This document shows, piece by piece, positions 60,190-64,000 of a stretch of 64,000 nt of DNA. Positions within the stretch are counted from its first letter, which is position 1. Every line of letters starts with the position of its first letter. Made by a program: the position numbers and the translations under genes. The stretch lies in the NCBI GenBank assembly GCA_965603825.1, contig CBFDEM010000004.1, positions 434,001 to 498,000 on the forward strand. Direction: 5' to 3'. A model generated the notes under the pieces. The model worked only from the letters and a program-made list of their open reading frames with translations. It made no database searches and had not been told where the DNA came from. This DNA comes from Blepharisma stoltei ATCC 30299 (taxonomy: Eukaryota > Protista > Ciliophora).

Positions 60190-63100
60190 ATGTGGACACA
60201 AGCAGTTGCCATTCTGGCGATTTTATCCCAGTGCTTTGGGCAGTTGCTTGCTGAAATTATTTATAGCAGCCATACAGACGCAATTTTAATAGCTAGCATT
60301 TCTTCAGCAATAAATCAAAAATTTTTCTTGAAAGTAGAAATAAACGAAGTCTTTATTAATACAGATTTGAATATCGAAAATCTCAGTGAAGAGTCGGATA
60401 TTATTTTTGATCTTTCTGAAAGTGCCTCAATCTCAGAAATTATTAAAGATTTTACAAAAAAGCATCAAATAATTCTTGTTTCAATCCAAAATCCTGCTAA
60501 TTCATACACTGATTGGCAGTATTTTACTCATCCTACAAATTTGGAAAATTTAATGGCTTTATCAAGCATACTTAGTTTTTTAAATTGAGAAAAATTTATT
60601 ATTATTTTTGATGAAAATACAATTGACTACCTCAAGGACTTCAAAGATCAGTTCTTATTAAAGCAATTAGTGCCATTTTTTTTTAGCAACAAAGAAACCC
60701 AAACATTTTCAGATAATTTTATTGGGAAGGTAGTCAAATCTACTGGAATCAGAAATATTGCCATTTTAAACCAATGAAAAAGTGCCTCAAAATTAGTTAA
60801 AAGTTTGAGGAATAAAAATATGATGAAGGAAGGAATCGGGATAATTTTGGGAAGCTGAAGCTGATGGGATGTAAATGAAAATGGAATTTTGGGTTATACC
60901 GAATCAGGGCTTGAAAATGCTACAGGCTACTATAGTTATGAAGCTTTAGCTTGCGTCAAATTAATGGACCTGATACTCACTTTCCCTTCTAGCAGCAATA
61001 ATTTAGAGTTAATAGATTACTTAGAGCAAAATACAATAAACCACCATCCAATCCCAAGTTTTACAATTATGAACTCATATAATAACGAAAAAAGAAGAGT
61101 TGGAGCAATGGCTGATGGAGCGATTATTTGAAATGATGATTTAATTTTCGTTGGAAATTCATCATCTATACCAAATTCTCCAACAACACCGATAAATATA
61201 TGAATAGCAGATGGTAAGACAAATCCTGGATTTGCAAATAGTGAGTTGCCATATTCCATTAAAGCAGGAGCACGCTATGCTTTACTTTCTTATAAACAAA
61301 AGACTCACTTTCTCGATGGCTTTGATATTGTGCTCACGCATACTGACTGCGGAGCCGAAGTCTACGAGCCAGCCTTTTCTTTGAAATGCTTTTCTGAATT
61401 AAAAGGCAACCCTGGTATTGTTTTTATGACGACTCCACTTCCTACCACCTTATTTGGAAATTTGATTTCTATGAAAGCTTTGAATATTACAATGCCAGTT
61501 ATATCCGAATATGCAACTCCTCAAGCATTAGAAAGTAAAACCAATTACCCACAATTCATGAGAATTGCAGGATACGACCTATACCATACTAGTGTCCTTA
61601 CTACACTAATCAATGTTTTTGGATGGAAGAATATAGTTTTAATACTAGAAAACTCGACAGACAATATTGCTATTCACGATTATATTGTCAATTGGGCAGA
61701 AGAATTTAAAATTAACATTGCAAACAAAGAAGAAGACAGATGAATAATGCTGAGCTATAATCATACTAGATTTGATACGGTAAAAGATTGAATGAAGAGA
61801 ATAATTGATTTAAAAGTGAGGCCTATGCTATTTTATGTCACTCCACCATTTGAGTATAATGCAATTGTTGATTTTTATGAAGCTGGCTTAAGGCAAGGAA
61901 ATTGCATTTTTTTACTTACTAATAGAGTTGCTTTTGTTCAAACTAAGGTAAATGGTGATGTTGCTAAGCAAAGATTAAGAGAACTGCTATACGGTGCATT
62001 AATAATAATGGAAGCTGAATATATCGGAGAATATGGTCAAGAAATTTTGAAAGAGCTACAAGAGTATTACTATCCTTTATTTTATAGCGATTGAAAGTGC
62101 TTATCATTTGATGCTGCTATGCTGATTTTGAATGGATTAAAATATACATTAGCTCAAGGGGATGATTATGAAGATAATTCTGTATTCAATGCAAATCTCA
62201 GACTTCAAAAATTCTTGAGCTGCTCAGGGACTGTTTCAATTGAATCTGATAGCAATAATCGAAATTCGGCAACCCTCGGGATCTATAATATGAGGTGAAA
62301 TGAAAGCACTGGATTGATCTATGAATCGCTAACTGGCACATATAGTGTTGGAAGTAAACAACTGTTCACATTTTTCGATAACATTATTTGATTTAGCAAT
62401 AAAACAACTCTTCCTGATGATAAGATTGTGTACGATAATGGATGCCCTTTTGATAAGAGTGAAATCAGATTCTCTGCAAAAGGAGCAGCAATTTTTTACT
62501 CTTCATCATCTTTCATTTTTATTGTAGCAATCATTATATCTTTCTATGTATGGAAAAAGCGTTGGCATGCGAAAGATCCAGAACCAATAAAAAAATCAAG
62601 AATTCAATTTGAGGATTATATAGCTATGATTGCGGTTTTTATCGATTTTTTCCAATTCCTTTCTCTTGGTCCTGACTTCAGTTACGATGTTATTTCAACG
62701 AAAGTATCGTCTTGAGTTTCAATAAATATAGGATGACTGAACAAAGGAGAAAAACTCTGGATATATGCGAATTGCGCTGTAGTGATTGTTGCTTTATGAG
62801 TATTCTTCAGTATTCAAATCGCTTTTAACTTATTTGAAAAGTCTGATAATACTTTCAGCTCAACTATCCGAGCAATGTCAAAATTATCATTAACAATAAT
62901 AGGAAACTTGGGTTTTTTGCCTCTTATTTCTGTATTTTTAAGCTCTTTTGCATGCTATGAATCTATAGGTCCAAATATAAAACAAACATTTGTACATCAA
63001 GACTGCTCTACATTTTGTTGGCAAGATAAGCATATCATATGGGCTACACTATCTATTATTTCATTACTTATTTATTTACCCTCAGCTATATATTTTAGGC

Positions 63101-63711
63101 CATTTGTAGATACTATGAGCAACGGAAATATAAAATCTAAGCCTTTATTTATGATGGCAAAAGGAGTTTTGCAAGTGAGTGCAATTATTTTAAGTAAGAC
63201 ACTAAAAGTTTACTATGCGGGTTTGCATGGACTTATTTATATCTTGCTCGTTTCAATTTTTACTGCGTTTTGCATTAAGCTTAAGCCATATAACTATGGC
63301 CGAGTGAACCTCTGGCTAATTATGTCTTATTTGGCTGTTATATGAAGCGTATCATTATCTTCTATTTCTTCTATTTCATCATATCAATCTATACCATTAT
63401 GACTAACAGCTGATTTTATAGGCTGGGCATTATTGACTTTCACAGGGCTGTACATCCAAGCTTGGTATTGCCCATCAATGCTATTTACTGAAGAAAATGG
63501 TGATATTGGGGTGCTATTTAGATTTCAGCTTGGAAAGTCAATAAATGCAGACAAAATTAACCAGATCATAAGGGAAAGGAAATTTGAATCAGCGAGATTT
63601 AGTAGTAATTTTTTAAATCTTTCCGATAGAACCCAAAACAATTTTATTGTAGATAAAGGCAAAGACTGTAAAAAAGGAGAAGTACTGCCATTTAAACTTT
63701 CGTATCATTAA
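60190..63711 (+). CDS. Receptor-like protein (~1173 aa): signal peptide, two periplasmic-binding-type (ANF/Venus-flytrap) modules, multi-TM C-terminus
   Basis: Seven same-frame ORFs joined by about 16 TGA=Trp. LSFLNWEKFIIIFD and LINVFGWKNIVLILE; NYPQFMRI; HTDCG; FLSCSGTVSIESDSNNR; IDFFQFLSLGP; CWQDKH; KPYNY. Confidence 0.85.
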
Positions 63712-63770
63712 ATATAATTCCATATTAATAGCTTTAAAGTAAATTTAACAACTTAAAGGAAAAGGAAATC

Positions 63771-63997
63771 AGAAGGCTTTTGGATTTAAACCTGAAAATA
63801 CTAGAGCCTAGCAAATTAGTAAATAAAACTCATAAAATTGATAAACAGAACAGAAAATCTACGAATACTAAATTGAAATCTATAATTCCAACCTTTTACC
63901 TGAAATGGATATTCTAAATGAATATTTTGAAGAAAATTGTTAGATGAATTGCTTTTTATTGTAGAACCAGATAAATTATATTTACCTCTAATTAAGC
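63771..63997 (+). repeat. Non-coding direct repeat, copy 2
   Basis: Homologous to 59483-59701; runs to the window end. Confidence 0.9.
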
Positions 63998-64000
63998 GCA

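Noticed and set aside
1741-63400. Pseudogene or selenoprotein interpretation of in-frame TGAs
   Set aside because: The TGAs align with Trp rather than Cys, occur in essential genes, and frames stay open after them.
1-64000. tRNA, rRNA, CRISPR arrays, prokaryotic defence systems
   Set aside because: No cloverleaf, rRNA-like or repeat-spacer pattern was seen, and the window is eukaryotic.

Overview
AT-rich, very gene-dense eukaryotic DNA with two clear properties. TGA reads as Trp (it sits at invariant Trp positions, and TAA/TAG are the only stops), and the spliceosomal introns are 15-16 nt. Together these point to the somatic genome of a heterotrich ciliate, most likely Blepharisma-like (inference). 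The supplied ORF track breaks many genes apart; re-reading with TGA=Trp and micro-introns gives about 35 genes. Recognisable ones include Sec6, a Rad21/Rec8 kleisin, NAA35, eIF4G, 14-3-3, Sec61-gamma, a NEK kinase, importin-4, an aquaporin, HIBCH, an FMO and two GSTs. The most unusual block is 37.2-49.0 kb, where two divergently oriented 589-aa ABCG paralogues enclose three tandem copies of an orphan ~120-aa single-pass membrane protein and a near-full-length decayed LINE (CCHC ORF1, APE, RT, CCHC) ending in twin hairpins. Other notable architectures are a Kelch-NAD kinase fusion, a triple Cdc48-Nc-like domain plus RING-H2 ligase, a double Venus-flytrap multi-TM receptor inside an apparent 4.3-kb tandem unit, and an ATP-grasp-like plus globin-like protein. 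All homology calls come from motif recognition by eye; no searches were run.
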